A stretch of 64,000 nt of DNA from Octopus vulgaris. Taxonomy: Eukaryota. How positions within the stretch are numbered: the stretch's first letter is position 1; each line of letters begins with the position of its first letter. The stretch covers positions 83,700,001 to 83,764,000 of the forward strand of contig OX597821.1 of the NCBI GenBank assembly GCA_951406725.2. The letters are read 5' to 3'. A model generated the notes under the pieces. It did not search any database. It saw only the letters and a list, made by a program, of their open reading frames with translations, and was not told the DNA's origin. This document shows positions 26,911 to 41,987 of this stretch, one piece after another. Position numbers and translations under genes: made by a program.

Positions 26911-27834
26911 AGGAATTTCCATAGGCCATAGTTTACTCTTTACTCTACTGGCATACAAGGTCCTTTATGTTGCTTCTAACTCCACTAGCCCTCTTACTTC
27001 ATTGGAGATTGAGTTTCTTATTCCATTGTAACATGTTTACCAGGAAGAAGATCCAGAGATGCACAGATTTAGACAGGAAGGATTTTATAAAATTCTTTAG
27101 AATGGAAGTCTACTAGGATATACATTGCAACATGGTGTGGAGTTCGAGAGAAAGAGAGAAGGGTGTGACAAGCATATATATCTAAGTGTGGGGTGGTGTT
27201 GGCTTAAATAAACTAGGTTTAGAGAAGCAGAAATTGTAGGTTATGGGAGGCAGTGGAACACAGCTAGAAGGGAAGATGGAAGGCAGTTGTGATGTAGAAT
27301 TTGCATCTCTGAAGAGAAACTAGCAGGAGATTCTGATCAGGAGATGGTATCTCGACCATGTTTATTTTGCCCCAGATATTCACGTTGCTCCCTTTATGTT
27401 ATTATTCCTCCCTCATCTGTTAACACCTCAACATCATAATGTCTGGCTTCACTCCTTTTTCCTAATTAAAGGTGTTAGGTAAGGAATTGAAAAGCAAACT
27501 TAAAAAAGAAATTTCAGGATTACCATTGCTTACACATGTAGTTGTTTGTTAATGAAGTTTTCATGCCACAAAAACTTTCAACGTGCACCTGGGAACTAGA
27601 ACCAAGCAAGCTTGAAATGTATAGCAGGGGTCACCTAATATAAATATTACTTATGTCTAACTGATTCAATCAGTGAAATACACAAAAAACACAATAAGGG
27701 CCTTTAAACTTTTATTAGTTTTACATGTAAGTCTGTGCTTTGGGTGGTGTAGTGTTTTCAGGGTGATGGTTATATTTATGGTTAGGGTTAAAGGTAGTAA
27801 AGTTTAGGGTTGAAGTTGATATTAGAGTTCAGAG

Positions 27835-28370
27835 AAGGCACATGGCTAAGTGGTTAGTGTATTTGGCTCATATTCCTAAGGTTGTGAGTTTGATCCCAGC
27901 GATACATTGTGTCCTTGAGCAAGGTATTTTATTTCACTTTGCTTCAGACCACTCAACTAGCAAAAGTGACTTGTACCTGTAATTCAATGAGCCAGCCTTG
28001 TCATATTCTGTGTGTCACGCTGAGTCTCCCTGAGAACTACATTAACCCTTTTGTTACTGTATTTCTGTTGAGATGCTCTGTGTTTCTTTCAATTACTTTA
28101 AATATACCAAAGAATTTAGTAAAATAACTCAGTTATCATTCAGCTAGTGTTAGGAACATAAATTGTGACTAAGGTTTGGTGGAAGATTTTAATTCAAAAC
28201 TTATGAAAACAAGGCATTTGTACTCAGAACGAGAGCTGGTTTCAGTCAGGCTGGTAATGAAACGGTTAAGGATATGTGTGTCTGTGGAGTGCTCAGCCAC
28301 TTGCCCGTAAATTTTGCTAGTGGATTATTTCATTGACCAAATCTGCTGGAATATTCATTGTCATAATGCT
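27835..28370 (+). mobile_element. SINE family C-like element interrupted by a piggyBac MITE
   Basis: tRNA-like head ggcacatggctaagtggttag; sits inside a degenerate TTAGGG-like tract. Confidence 0.6.
28046..28265. mobile_element. piggyBac-type MITE
   Basis: TTAA on both sides (28042-45, 28266-69); termini CCCTTTTGTTAC / GTAATGAAACGG; related copy begins near 30154. Confidence 0.7.
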
Positions 28371-28916
28371 CGCAGAGAGTTCAGAGTTTGGATTATGATT
28401 AGGATTACATTTAGAAATAGGGTTGTTTTAGGGCCTGGAATGGTGTTAAACTTAAAATTTGGTATGAAGACTGAACTAAAGTTTAAGGTTAGATTCTCTC
28501 TCATTAGTATCCATTTAAAATGCAGAAAATTAAGGACTATTTGAGAAGATAACATAGTTTATATGAAAGGAACATTCAGGATTTGTTGTATCCAGTGTAG
28601 ATAATTATTTTTTATCCTTTTATCTTATACTTGTTTCAGTCATTGGATTAAAGCTATTTAGGGACCACTACCTTGAGGGGTTTAGTTGGACAAGCAATCC
28701 CAGTACTTATTTTTAAGTCTGGTACTTACCTTATTCTATTGGTCTCTTTTTGCTGAATCACTAAGTTACAGTGAAGGTCACTGTATGGGACATTGGGCAA
28801 ATGTCTTTTTCCATAGCCTTGGGCCAACCAAAGCCATGTGAGTGGATTTAGTAAACAGGAACTGAAAGAAGCCCGTTGTATACATACATACATACATACA
28901 TACATACATACATACA

Positions 28917-28948
<32 letters not shown>

Positions 28949-29823
28949 AATAGTTGTTTGTGTGCCTGTGTTTTCCCCTCCACCATCGCTTGACAACCGA
29001 TGTTGGTGTGTTTATGTCCCTATAACTTAGCAGTCCAGCAAAAGTGACTGATAGAATAAGTACTAGGCTTACAAAGAATAAGTACTGGCATCAATGTGTT
29101 CGATTAAAGGCGGTGCTCCAGCATGGCCACAGTCAAAATGACTGAAGCAAGTAAAAGAATAAACTAACACTGGTTGTCAAGAGGTGGTGGGGGTACATTT
29201 TTCATTCATTAAATCCACTCACAAGGAATTGTTTGGCCTGGGGCTGCAGTGGGATGGAACCCAAGATCACATGGCTGGGAAGCAAGCTTCTTGCCACACA
29301 GCCATGTCTATGCCTATGCAAGGTATTTTCTATTTAATTTCACCACATATATCTCACATTTATTAAACTTTATCACTGGAAACTAATTTCTCCCTGTGTA
29401 AACTTATGCATTGATTTATAAATATATTTGTCAAATGTCTTAACAAATACGTCAACATTTGTATAACTTTTTATACGTCAATATACAAAAAAATATGTAT
29501 TCATGCAATTTCTTTATTCAACAAACACAAGAACAGATATACAATATATGTAAGGCATAAGATGTTTGGATCATTCAACCACAATGTATAAATGGGAGTA
29601 ATTTTATCTTTCTTGGAAAGCTGAAGTTGAAATCCTTTGGAAATTGAAAACAGTATAGAGAAGAGGCAGCGAGCCATTAAACATTTTGTACATTTTACTA
29701 CCATCTAAATCATCTTCTCAGCAGTTTTCACAATAAACTCGGATGTCAATAAAAAGATTTTCATCTGAAATATGTAAACCCAAGTTTTAATAAGTAAACT
29801 GAGCTGTTAATAAACCCCTAATA

Positions 29824-29890
<67 letters not shown>

Positions 29891-30558
29891 TGTCTGTGTC
29901 AATTTGAACTTTATTGATATGAGACATTATAACACATGGTGCTGCCACAAACTATGAAATACCTCTAATGCAAGAACCATGAACGTCTGCTAAAATTGCA
30001 ATGTAGAGTTAAGATGCAGAGAAGCAAAATTTGGTTTGAAGTGAAGTGAATTTGAAGTGGAAAAGCACTGACGTGAGACAGAAAATAAAAATAAATTAAA
30101 ATAAAATAACCAAAAAACTCAACACTACCGTTGTTTAGTTTTTTCTGTCTTAACCCTGTTGTTATTATATTTTTTATTTGAAATACATTGTTTGTTTCAG
30201 TTAATTTTGGGAAAACAAAAGAATTTAGTAAAATAATTTTGTTGTTATTAAGCTGGTGTTTGGAACATTTTGATGGAAATTTTGATGGAAGGTTTTTAAT
30301 TTACATCAATTTAAAACATTGTTTCTATCACAGAACCAAAGATAGTTCCAAGCAAGTTGGCAAAATTGTTAGCACGCTGGGTGAAATGCTTAGCGGTATT
30401 TCATGTGTCTTCATGTTCTAGGTTCAAATTCCTCCAAGGTTGACATTGCCTTTCATCCTTTTGGGGTTAATAAATTAAGTGCAAGTGAAACACTGAGGCC
30501 GATGTAATCAGCTATCCCCTCCCTTCAAATTTTAGCCCTTGTGCCTCTAGTAGAAAGG

Positions 30559-30620
<62 letters not shown>

Positions 30621-30837
30621 GGAAGTGAGCTGGCAGAATCATTAGCACACTGGGCAAAATGCTTAGTGGCATTTCGTTTATCTTTATGTTCTGAGTTCAA
30701 ATTTCACTGAGGTCAACTTTGCCTTTCATTCTTTTGGGAGTCAATAAATTAAGTACCAGTTGTGTACTGGGGTTGATATAATCAACTTACCCCTTACCCC
30801 AAAATTTCAGGCCTTGTACTTTTAGCAGAAAGGCCTA

Positions 30838-31240
30838 CTATGTTCTCTTTATCACAGGTTTTGTTGGAGCTCCTGGAGTCTTGCATGCATAGCGGGCTTA
30901 CTACCTGCAGCATATGGTAGCATGCTATCCATTCTTTACAGCTATCTAATACTTTCCTGTTTATTCTGGCCATGCCAAGGAGGTAAACCTTTTGTAACAA
31001 CAGTTCTACTGGGCACTCTATTCCAATTTCCTTTATATTCCTCTTGATGCCTTCTGATACTGTTCCCAAGGAACCAACAATAATTGGCACAATCTTCACC
31101 TTCTTCATTCTCCATAGCCAGGCAATTTTGTACCCAAGAGGGTTGTCTCTATCAATCTTTTTGCCTTCCTTCTTAACTATTCATGGGCCAAAGGGGCATG
31201 CAACATCAACTATATAGCATATGTGGTGTACCTTGCCCAC
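30838..31240 (-). mobile_element. R4/Dong-clade LINE 3' fragment
   Basis: MKKVKIVPIIVGSLGTVSEGIKRNIKEIGIECPVELL..KVYLLGMARINRKVLD. Confidence 0.75.
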
Positions 31241-32402
31241 CACCACTAGGTCTGGTCTGTTATGCTCTAGCACCTGATCTGTTTGGATTGGGAAATCTCA
31301 GCTGTCTTCTTCTTCTTCTTCTTCTTCTTCTTCTTCTTCTTCTTCTTCTTCTTCTTCTTCTTCTTCTTCTTCTTCTTCTTCTTCTTCTTCTTCTTCTCCT
31401 CCACCCCTCCTCCTCCTCCTCCTCCTCCTCCTCCTCATCATCATCATCATCATCATCAATCAATCAATCAATCAATCAATCAAGTAAAGGCAGAGTGTCA
31501 GGACCATTAGCATGCTAGATAAAATGTTTAGTGGCATTTGGTATTTCATCTGTCTTTACAGTGTGAGTTCAAATTTCACCAAGGTGGACTTAGCCTTTCA
31601 TCCTTTTAAAACAAGTACCAGGATTGATGTAATCGATTTCCCCTCAACTCAAAAACTACTGGCCCTGTGCTGAAAATTTGAAATCATTCTTATTAATCAG
31701 TTAATATTTAACCAATTAACTGAAATTAATACCTTTATTTTACAGACAATGCATACCAATGTAATTTTAACAAAATATTAAATGAAACAAAAACGTTTTT
31801 AGAGGGAAAATTTATTCACATAAAAATCAGAAAATAACTCATAATTTTGAAAATAATGAACACAATGTTTCTTTTAAAATATTTATTAAATTTTATTAGA
31901 AGACACCTAATCTCATGGAATAATGGCAAGGTTTTTGTTTTTATACAGAATCAGTTTAAGAAACTCTGCATTAGGGTAGAGTTATTTTAGTGAGATTTAG
32001 CTGCTATTTCTAGTTTATTGAATATCCATGTAAAGGTTCCTTCATTTGATAACGTAGCTGAAAGTAGCCACAGATGCTAGAGTTATACAAGTGATGACTC
32101 TAAAGCAGGGGTGGCAGTGTTGTGTGAGTCCATTGTCTTTTGAGGCTAAGTTCATATCGTCCCATTGGAAAGCCATTTCTAAAAGACCTCTGACCTATCC
32201 AGGGGCTGATCTGGTTTTTAATGGTGCTCTAGAAACAGAAGTCAATTACCGAATTCAGCAAAACCATGCCAGAAAAGGAAAAAGGAAACTTGGATATTAA
32301 TTCATGAAACAAATATCTCATGTTAAATTGACAGTGTATTTATTAGGATATATATATATATACTCACACATACATAACATACATATGTATATACATACAT
32401 AT

Positions 32403-32450
<48 letters not shown>

Positions 32451-32694
32451 CATGGAGAACGGACGTTAAACGTATATACAACATATATACATACATATAT
32501 ATATATATAATATATATATATATATATAATAGCATGACGTAATACATTACATAATATATATATATATATAAATATATATATATTGATATATATATATATA
32601 TATATATATTGTACGATAAAATTTTTTCGAAAAATTTTTTATCAATGGCCAGCATTTAAAGGTATTTTTTTTTCGTTTGCCCTTATTTATAAGT

Positions 32695-32738
<44 letters not shown>

Positions 32739-32974
32739 CATACATACATACATACATACATACATACATACATACATACATACATACAGATATGTATATA
32801 TATATACATATATACACACACATACATATATATATATATAAGAGTTAGATGGTAAATGTTTTTATTTTTCATTCCCTTCGAAATTTTATCCTTAATAATG
32901 GTTTGGAATTTAACTGTTCTCTCTAGCGTGCAAGGAGTCCTATGATGGATGCTTCTTATATGTTTCAATGTACA

Positions 32975-33033
<59 letters not shown>

Positions 33034-33597
33034 CTTTTATTCTTTTACTTGTTTCAGTCATTTGACTGCGGCCATGCTGGAGTACCGCTTTTAGTCAAAC
33101 AAACCAACCCCAGGACTTATTCATTGTAAGCCTAGTACTTATTCTATTGGTCTCTTTCACCGAGTCACAAAGTATGGGGATGTAAACACACCAACATCGG
33201 TTATCAAGTGACAGTGGTGGTGGGGGACAAACACAGACACACAAATATGTACATACGACAGGCTTCTTTTTGTTCCTGTTTACTAAATCCACTCACAAGG
33301 GCTTTGGTCAACCCAAAGCTGTAAGAGAAGACATTTGCCCAAGGTGCCATGCAATGGGACTGAACTCAGAACCATGTGATTGGGAAGCAAGCTTCTTACC
33401 ACACTATCCCCCACACAAATTATTGTTTTCCCTTGTGATGTCCTGCCTTATCCATATCCCTGTGGCTAATAAAAAGAAATTATTATTATTGAAAGGCAAA
33501 ATCGACCCTGACGGAATTTGAACTCAGAATGTAAGGACAGGCGAAATGCTGCTAAGCATTTTGCCCAGCGTGCTAACGATTCTGCCAGCTTGCCGCC

Positions 33598-33644
<47 letters not shown>

Positions 33645-33730
33645 TTGCTGTTTACACATTTAAACCCACTGTTCCATGTCTGTGTATCATCCTTTATGTT
33701 TTGTGTTCGGCCCTGGCAGCCAATAAAGAG

Positions 33731-33800
<70 letters not shown>

Positions 33801-33898
33801 GCTTGACTTTTGCTTTGTATTTGTGCAAGCTGGCGCCAAGTCTTACCCAGAGACCTCAAGAGAAAGTTAGAAGCTCATTATTATTATTATTATTATTA

Positions 33899-33940
<42 letters not shown>

Positions 33941-33942
<2 letters not shown>

Positions 33943-34530
33943 CTTTTACAAGAAATTATTATAAATCTTCTACTGAGGAGGGAGCCGGTTTCCAACAAAG
34001 ATACAAGGCTCCATCTTTGGGATGTAATTAACACAGACAAATTCACATTAATAAAAGTCTTACATGTTTTTACTGTTCCACTCACAGATTATACTTGTAA
34101 TGTACGAATTAACTGGTTGATTTCTCTTTCTGAAAAATCCCAGTTTATGCAAATTCCCCTTTAAGCATTTACTAACAAAATCTAGTGCTCAATTATTACT
34201 GGTATGAATATGAATTCATTGTCTGAATATAGAAGCTGGAGGTTTCGAAGCAGTTGTTCATAGATATTCTAATTTTCTTTGATTTTCAAAGAGATATTTA
34301 CATCTTCAGGGCAGCTAACCTCTATGACAGTACATACCTTTGCCCCTCTGTCCCAAACAACAATATCTGGTATGTTATGTTTACATTTGACAGAAGTTTT
34401 GATGGGAATATTCCACCAAAATTCCTTGAGTTGGTGTTTATGAATGTATTCCATAACAGAGGGATTTTCTAAGTTTATTTAAAGACATTCTTTTTTGCGG
34501 ATGGCATTGTATATTGTTTTAGCGACATGT
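33941..34530 (-). mobile_element. RLE-type (R4-like) LINE 3' end abutting (TAA)n
   Basis: FWWNIPIKTSVKCKHNIPDIVVWDR..VIEVSCPEDVNISLKIKE (PD..E..K); (TTA)n at 33877-33940. Confidence 0.8.
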
Positions 34531-35378
34531 ATGTATGTATGTATGTATGTATGTATTAAAGAAATAGGGATGCAAATTGGGAGAGTGCAAAAATGTGTTA
34601 GAGACAAACGGTAGCATATGCATTTGGATTGTTGTAATTTATCTACATATTAAAGGTAGTACAGCCTGTGACCTTACCATTCCATCTTATTTTCAGACAT
34701 AGTATACCAAGGACTACATTATCCAATGCTACCTACATTTTTAAAACTCTAAGGTGAGATTTGAGAGAGATGCAACTGCTATTTCTAGCAGATCGTGCAA
34801 ATACTCTCACATAGTTTACGTAACTATAAATAAATGTTCCAGGCAGATGCAATTTACTGGTGAACATACGATATGTAGCATAACTTTTGGTTGACATGCG
34901 TTTCCTTCGTTCACAGAACAGTAACCAAATCCTTCGATGGGTTTTGGAAAGGCAACAGGAAACCCTTTCACTGAGTCTGGTGCATTTTTAATGTTTTATG
35001 CTCTGTGATTAAATGTTTGCTACTTTTTATCTCAAGCAAAAATTGCTTCCAATCTATACTCACAAAGACACATACATACACACATAAATACATACATACA
35101 TACATACATACATACATACATACATACATACATTCATTTATACATATGTATGTACGTAATGCATACTTGTCTGCATACATATGTGCATATATACATACAT
35201 GCTAGCACACATACATACGTACATTCATACATACAAGCATACATACATCCGTACGTACGTATATACCTACCTACCTACCTACCTACCTACCCACCTACTT
35301 AACTACATACATACATACGTACGTACATACATACATACATACATACATACATACATACATACATACATACATACATAC

Positions 35379-35409
<31 letters not shown>

Positions 35410-35470
35410 CATACATACATACATACATACATACATACATACGTACGTACATACATACATACATACATAC

Positions 35471-35501
<31 letters not shown>

Positions 35502-35617
35502 CATACATACATAATCAATCTAAACATGAACAAGCAAAAAATAAACAACAACAATGCGAGGACGTGGTACAAGTACAGTGTTATTGGACGCTCAGGAAAG
35601 TGAAAAAAATAAAGAGG

Positions 35618-35652
35618 ATTTAACGTTTCGTACGGAGCTCTTCATCAGAAAT
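35618..35652 (-). ncRNA. Minimal hammerhead motif in an H1-related element (35520-35716)
   Basis: Minus strand ATTT-CTGATGA-A-GAGC tcc GTAC-GAA-ACGT-T-AAAT; stem I ATTT/AAAT covaries with CTTT/AAAG of H1; stem II mutated. Confidence 0.7.
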
Positions 35653-35904
35653 ATAGAAAATGTCCAAAAAAGGGAAGACGGAGAAAGAAAATCGTCAACG
35701 ATACACACGCGGTCGTAGAGTGGTGTGAAAAGCCAATTTCAACAGACGTAGTGAAAGACATGTTGCGCCGCTGCACGATAGACAAATCTTCAAAAAATAG
35801 GATATTAATCACTACGAAGTCTATCGTAGCATACAAAACTTGTCTGCTGATACCTTAGCAGATATCTACAGCAGCTAGCAGCAGACTGGAAGCGTTCCCA
35901 TTTA

Positions 35905-36325
35905 TACCTATTCTTTACTACCCACAAGGGGCTAAACACAGAGAAGACAAACAAGGACAGTCAAACGGATTAAGTCGATTATATCGACCCCAGTGCATAA
36001 CTGGTACTTATTTAATCGACCCCGAAAGGATGAATGGCAAAGCCGACCTCGGCGGAATTTGAACTCAGAACGTAACGGCAGACGAAATACCTATTTCTTT
36101 ACTACCCACAAAGGGCTAAACACAGAGAGGACAAACAAGGACAGACATAGGTATTAAATCGATTATATCGATCCCAGTGCGTAACTGGTACTTATTTAAT
36201 CGACCCCGAAAGGATGAAAGGCAAAGTCGACCTCGGTGGAATTTGAACTCAGAACGTAATGGCAGACGAAATACCGCTTAGCACTTCGCCCGGCGTGCTA
36301 ACGTTTCTGCCAGCTCGCCGCCTTA
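35905..36325 (-). mobile_element. SINE family B with 184-bp tandem duplication of body and tail
   Basis: Head ggcggcgagctggcagaaacgttagcacgccgg; repeated unit at 35913 and 36097. Confidence 0.85.
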
Positions 36326-36559
36326 TTCCCAGTTATACCGTTCCAGGAACGGTGATTCTGGTGACAAAGGATCTAAACAGGAGTGGACATGTGATGGGCA
36401 ACTTCAAACCCATAACTGTAAAACGTAGAGTTGAAGATTTTTCCCACGGTAGTCATGAAGAGGTTGGTACTTGCCATCACTAGTGTATCGGAAACGCGCA
36501 AACTTGTGATACTTAGCAGATCTGTCTACTAGAACTGTTGCCTCGAGCAACACAACGCC

Positions 36560-37990
36560 AAATGGGACTGAAGAATGACGATAAATTTGAATCAATCTAA
36601 AGCTTGCGATAGGGTCAACCGTCACTATCCGGTAGCCGTCCTTAGAGCAGCCAGTTTCGGCTCTTCTTGAGAAACTAAATTCCTACGGTGTATAGTTCCA
36701 TCTGGTCTGTGATCAAACCTAACGGCCACCGCTCGAAACCTTTTCACTCAGTGTGTTCGGTCTATCAAGGTTACAACGTCTCTCTTCTTTTGTATGTTGT
36801 GTCACTGGAACCATTACTACATGTTTGTGAGTTTGAGGAGAATCGTGTTGGAGCGGAGATACAGGAGACTCAAAGTCTGCTTACGTGGACGAACATTACC
36901 GTCATGTGGTGAACACTTCAGATATCGAGGCAGTCGGTACCATCATGGAAGACAACCAAAAGGTTCTATGCACCAACCGAGACTTGGTGGGTTTGCCTCT
37001 CGGCATCTAGAGAGTCAAGTCCCTGTTGGCCTGCGGCAATTTCTGCAGTCGGACAAAGAGTACAGTTAAAATGCTTACGTTCTGATTCGAGCTGGGCTTG
37101 TAAAGTACAGGAACGATGTTACGAAGATGGTTTTTAATCTCAGCCAGAAATTGTCGAGAGGGAACTTTTCATAGGAGGGGAGGCAGAAGTAACTCACATT
37201 ACTTCGGAGGTGCGTTACCGTCTGACCGTATTACTTCGTTCTAGGAAACACCTAACCAGACCGGAACGTATTCCCTTTCGTTTCTTAATGGACATGTTTT
37301 ACTGGTCAGTGACCCATCTGCTGCCAACACCCACTTAAGTGGAGTTTCAAGATGCTGTGGATGATGTTGCGTATGAATGTGTCGACGCTGACGCACGAGC
37401 AAAGATCATAGGTTCATTGCAAAAACGATGACAGTCTCGGTGCGCATGACACGTCTTTTCGAAACTTTTCTCTTTGAGAGATTTATTATCTTAAGCGAAG
37501 CGAGAGTCAAGATTGGGGATGTAACATCTGGAATTGGACAGGTGCTCACTACACTCTGCCTCTTAGAGAATTCAGTTTATTGTTGATTTCACTTAGAGGA
37601 TAAGTGGAGGATATGCATGAATACGGCTGAGAACGAACGAATGGGCACTTCTGGAGGACTTTTATGTAAAGTCCTTAACCTAGTATTGTGACAAGGACTA
37701 TTCTATTCAGGAAATGCATTACAGAAGCTGAAGTGTCAATAGCCAAACCTCGAAATCATTCTGCATAACACTTGTCTAGTATCTATGATTTGACAATGCG
37801 TAGGCTGGTGTCGAACATCCGTGGAAATGGATAAGACAGATCCGGTTATCAGTCGACTCTACTGTGAGAATTAGCTAATCGACTTCCTTTTGCAATAAAT
37901 GGCTGGTCTTTTTTTACTTGATGGTTATGGCTTAGCTTGGGTGTGTTGTTTTGAACAGCGTAGACTGCCGTAACCATCTCTGAGAAATAA
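36560..37990 (+). pseudogene. Highly degraded L1/Tx1-like LINE ORF2 remnant
   Basis: VYSSIWSVIKPNGHRSKPF..SVYQG..SLLLYVVSLEPLL followed by an AYVD(E) motif; many stops and frameshifts. Confidence 0.6.
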
Positions 37991-38511
37991 TCTTCTGTAG
38001 ACGTTAGGTGCTACAAAATGTACAGATTATATCCGTTGACGAAATTTCGTCCCCCACCTGCAGACGACACCGTTGTATCAGGCGATTTCACCATAAATTG
38101 CGAATTGCGAATCATCAACAGGCAGAAAACACCGAATACCAGATCAAAAATCCATCGAAACAATATAGTTTAATACTGAATAAACAGTCACGAACATCTA
38201 TACGAGATAATTTCTCAGATTGATCACCGCAGTCTATGGCATTCAAAACCACACAGCCAAGTTAAATTGGGTGTGCTGGTTAATATTCTTTGTAAAGGCT
38301 GATTACGTCACTAATGGCTAATACATCACACACACACACATTTGAGTGTGTGTAGGCGTGGTTGCGTGGTAAGAAGCTCGCTTCTCTACCACATGGTTTC
38401 GGTTTCACTCCCGCTGCGTGACACCCAGAGCAAATGTCTTCTAATATAACCTCAGGCAGACCAAAGCCTTGTGAGTGGATTTCGTAGGCGGAAACTGAAA
38501 GAAGCCCATCG

Positions 38512-38584
<73 letters not shown>

Positions 38585-38781
38585 CTGTCTATCTGTCCCC
38601 CCACCATCGCTTGACAACAGATGTTTGTGTGTTTACGTCCTCGTAACCTAGCAGTTCGGCAAAAGAGACCGATTGAATAAGTTCTGGGGTAGATTTGTTC
38701 GACTAAAAGAATACAAGAATAAAAGAACAAATACAGACTTGTGTGTGTGTGTGTAAATAAATACATGCATGTATGTATGTT

Positions 38782-38876
<95 letters not shown>

Positions 38877-38894
38877 GGAGATAGATAGATATAT

Positions 38895-38970
<76 letters not shown>

Positions 38971-39607
38971 TAGGTGCCAACATGACTGTATGATTAAGAA
39001 TCTCGTTTTGCAATCACGCGGTTTCGGATTCAACCCTACTGCGCGGCACTGTCTTCTGCTATTACCTCGAGCCGACGTATGCCTCGTACGGAAACTGTAT
39101 GGAAGCCCGTCGTATATGTGTGTTCGTGTGTGTGTTTATGTCTGTACACGTGCACATGTATGCCTTTGTGTCTTTGTTTGTCCCCCCACCCACCATTTGA
39201 CAATCAATCTTGGTTTGTTTCGACCCCGTAAATTCGTGGATCGTCAAAAGATAGCAATTACAACAAGTACCAGACTTTAAAAATAAGTTTGGGGGTTGAT
39301 TTGTTCGACTAAAGCCCTTCGTTGTGGTGTTCTAGCATGGTAAAAAAAAAAAATATTAAATGGGACATAATTTCGTCGTACCTCTGCGGCCTAGTATTTG
39401 AAAGACTAGACTGTGTTAGGCATAAAGCAATATAAGCCAAGTATTAAATACTCCGAGGAAAGGACGGCTGAGGGCGCCACAGGATTTATTCCAGTGTCGT
39501 AAACGATGCAGCTCAAGGCTCCATTTTAAATAGTGGTGGTGGTAGTGTAGGAGGGACATATATGTGTGTGTGTGTGTGTATGTGTGTGTGTGTGTGTGTG
39601 TGTATGT

Positions 39608-39650
<43 letters not shown>

Positions 39651-39667
39651 TGCATATATATGTATGT

Positions 39668-40145
39668 GTGGTAAGCAGGCGCAGGAGTGGCTGTGTGGTA
39701 AGTAGGCGCAGGAGTGGCTGTGTGGTAAGTAGGTGCAGGAGTGGCTGTGTGGCAAGTAGCTTGCTTACAAACCACATGGTTCCGGGTTCAGTCCCACTGC
39801 GTGACACCCAGGGCAAGTGTCTTCTACTATAGCCTCGGGCCGACAAAAGCCTTGTGAGTGAATTTGGTAGACGGAAACTGAAAGAAGCCCGTCGTATATA
39901 TGTATATATATATGTGTGTGTGTGTGTGTTAGTGTGTCTGTGTTTGTCCCCCCAACATCGCTTGACAATCGATGCTGGTGTGTTTACGTCCTCGCAACTT
40001 CGCGGTTCGGCAAAAAGGGACCGATAGAATAAGAACTAGGCTTACAAAGAATAAGTCCTGGGGTCGATGTCCTTGACTAAAGGCGGTGCTCCAGCATGGC
40101 CGTAGTCAAATGACTGAAACAAGTAAAAGAGTAAGAGTAAAAGAG
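39668..40145 (+). mobile_element. SINE family A with triplicated head
   Basis: aggcgcaggagtggctgtgtggtaagt x3, then a complete body. Confidence 0.85.
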
Positions 40146-40249
40146 AGTATATATATATGAACTCTCATCCACATATCAGCACTCCATCCCGATCACCATT
40201 GTATCTGCTGACTCTACCTTCAAGGAGTTTTCGTTGATGTAAATCGCTC

Positions 40250-40553
40250 CATCATCATCATTGTTCGACCGTGGTCGAGACAATGGAATTTACCATGCTA
40301 CGCCAGACTTCACGGTCCATCATGGCATTACGGAGGTCCTGTTGCTGGATGCCTGTATCTCTGGAGATTACATCAGGGTAGGAGAGTGTGTGCCCTCTGG
40401 TATCGCGAGTAGATGGCTTCCAGAGGAGAAGAGTAGAAATTACCTCTTTTTCAGCTCTACAACAATGTCCAGCAAACTGGACTCTCTTACCTTTCACAAG
40501 AGATGACACAGGTGGTAGTTTCCCATATATTTGCATTTTGGTTGGATGGCGCT
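40250..40553 (-). mobile_element. RTE-clade LINE 3' end with (GAT)n tail
   Basis: RVQFAGHCCRAEKEVISTLLLWKP..DVISRDTG..LRNAMMDREVWR; stop immediately followed by gatgatgat. Confidence 0.8.
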
Positions 40554-40599
40554 CCAGTCTACCACAACTTTTGAACTTCTTGAAATTTCTGAACTATTA

Positions 40600-41182
40600 T
40601 ACTATTATAAATTTTGGGAAGGGGTATAGTCGATTACATCCACCCCAGAACTTGACTGCTACTTATTTTATCGACCTCGAAAGGGTGAAAGGCAAAGTCA
40701 ACCTCGGCGGATATTGAACTCAAATGGTGAAGACAGACGAAATACCTTTTTTTTTTTTACTACCCACAAGGGACTAATCACAGAGAGGACAAACAAGGAC
40801 AGACAAACGGATTAAGCCGATTATATCGACCCCAGTGCGTAACTGGTACTTATTTAATCGACCCCGAAAGGATGAAGAGCAAAGTCGACCACGGCGAAAT
40901 TTGAACTCAGAACGTAGCGGCAGACGAAATACCTATTTCTTTACTACCCACAAGGGGCTAAACACAGAAAGGACAAACAAGGACAGACAAACGGATTAAG
41001 TCGATTATATCGACCCCAGTGTGTAACTGGTACTTATTTAATCGACCCCGAAAGGATGAAGAGCAAAGTCGACCACGGCGGAATTTGAACTCAGAACGTA
41101 GCGGCAGACGAAATACCGCTAAGCATTTCTTTCACCCGGCCTGCTAATGATTCCGCTAGCTCACCGTCTTACTCGCCGCCTT
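40600..41182 (-). mobile_element. SINE family B multimer (~185-bp units)
   Basis: Three consecutive atcgacccc..ggatgaa..aaagtcgacc..gaactca units. Confidence 0.85.
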
Positions 41183-41913
41183 AATAATAATAATGATTCT
41201 TTTTAATATAGGCACAAAGTTTGAAATTTTGTGGGGAAGGGTGTAAGTCGATTACATCGACCCCCTGTACTCAACTGGTACTTATTTTATCGATCCTGAA
41301 AGGATGAAAGGCAAAGTCGATCTCGGAGGCATTTGAACGCATGACATAAAGACAAGACGAAATACCGCTAAGCATTTTGCACACAACAGGTCAAATCGAC
41401 AACTTTGAAGACTTTGTGTGTTTACCACCTCTAACCATTAGGACACCGACTCGATTATGTTGCTTTCTGATGTTTACTATTAAATAAATAAAACTTAAAA
41501 TACAAAACAAAAAAAAACCCGGAAGAAAAAGATAACAAAACAAATAGGTTATATTTACCATAAAAATAGAGTTTGGTATGGAAAATAATTTAATTTTCTT
41601 TGGGTAGGGGCATTATTTCACATAAGCGCATTTATGTTACAAAGTTTTATAAACAACGGAAGATATGAGGGGGAAACTCATGTTTGGGATGTGTACGGGT
41701 CATCATTTGACCTTAATCTGGACTAGCGACGATAGAAAGCATGTCAGTGACACCGATTAGAGGTTACTGACACAGCTACAACAAAATAGTTCTGTCCAGT
41801 GACCAGGTCGTCGACACATTGCGAAATAATTTAACTCTTTCATAATGCCATTGTTTCTGTTACAAACACATGATCTCTAAACTAATAAATTGCTAAACAT
41901 GTACAGCTGCTAA

Positions 41914-41987
<74 letters not shown>

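Noticed and set aside
32612-32656. U3-A8-like motif TTGATAA..GAA-AAAATTTT-A (also 48358-48396)
   Set aside because: Stems are only A/T runs and stem I does not pair; chance is likely in AT-rich DNA.
39453-39512. CTGAGGG-CGCCAC..GTGTCG-TAAAC hairpin
   Set aside because: Two core mismatches and no credible stem I or III.
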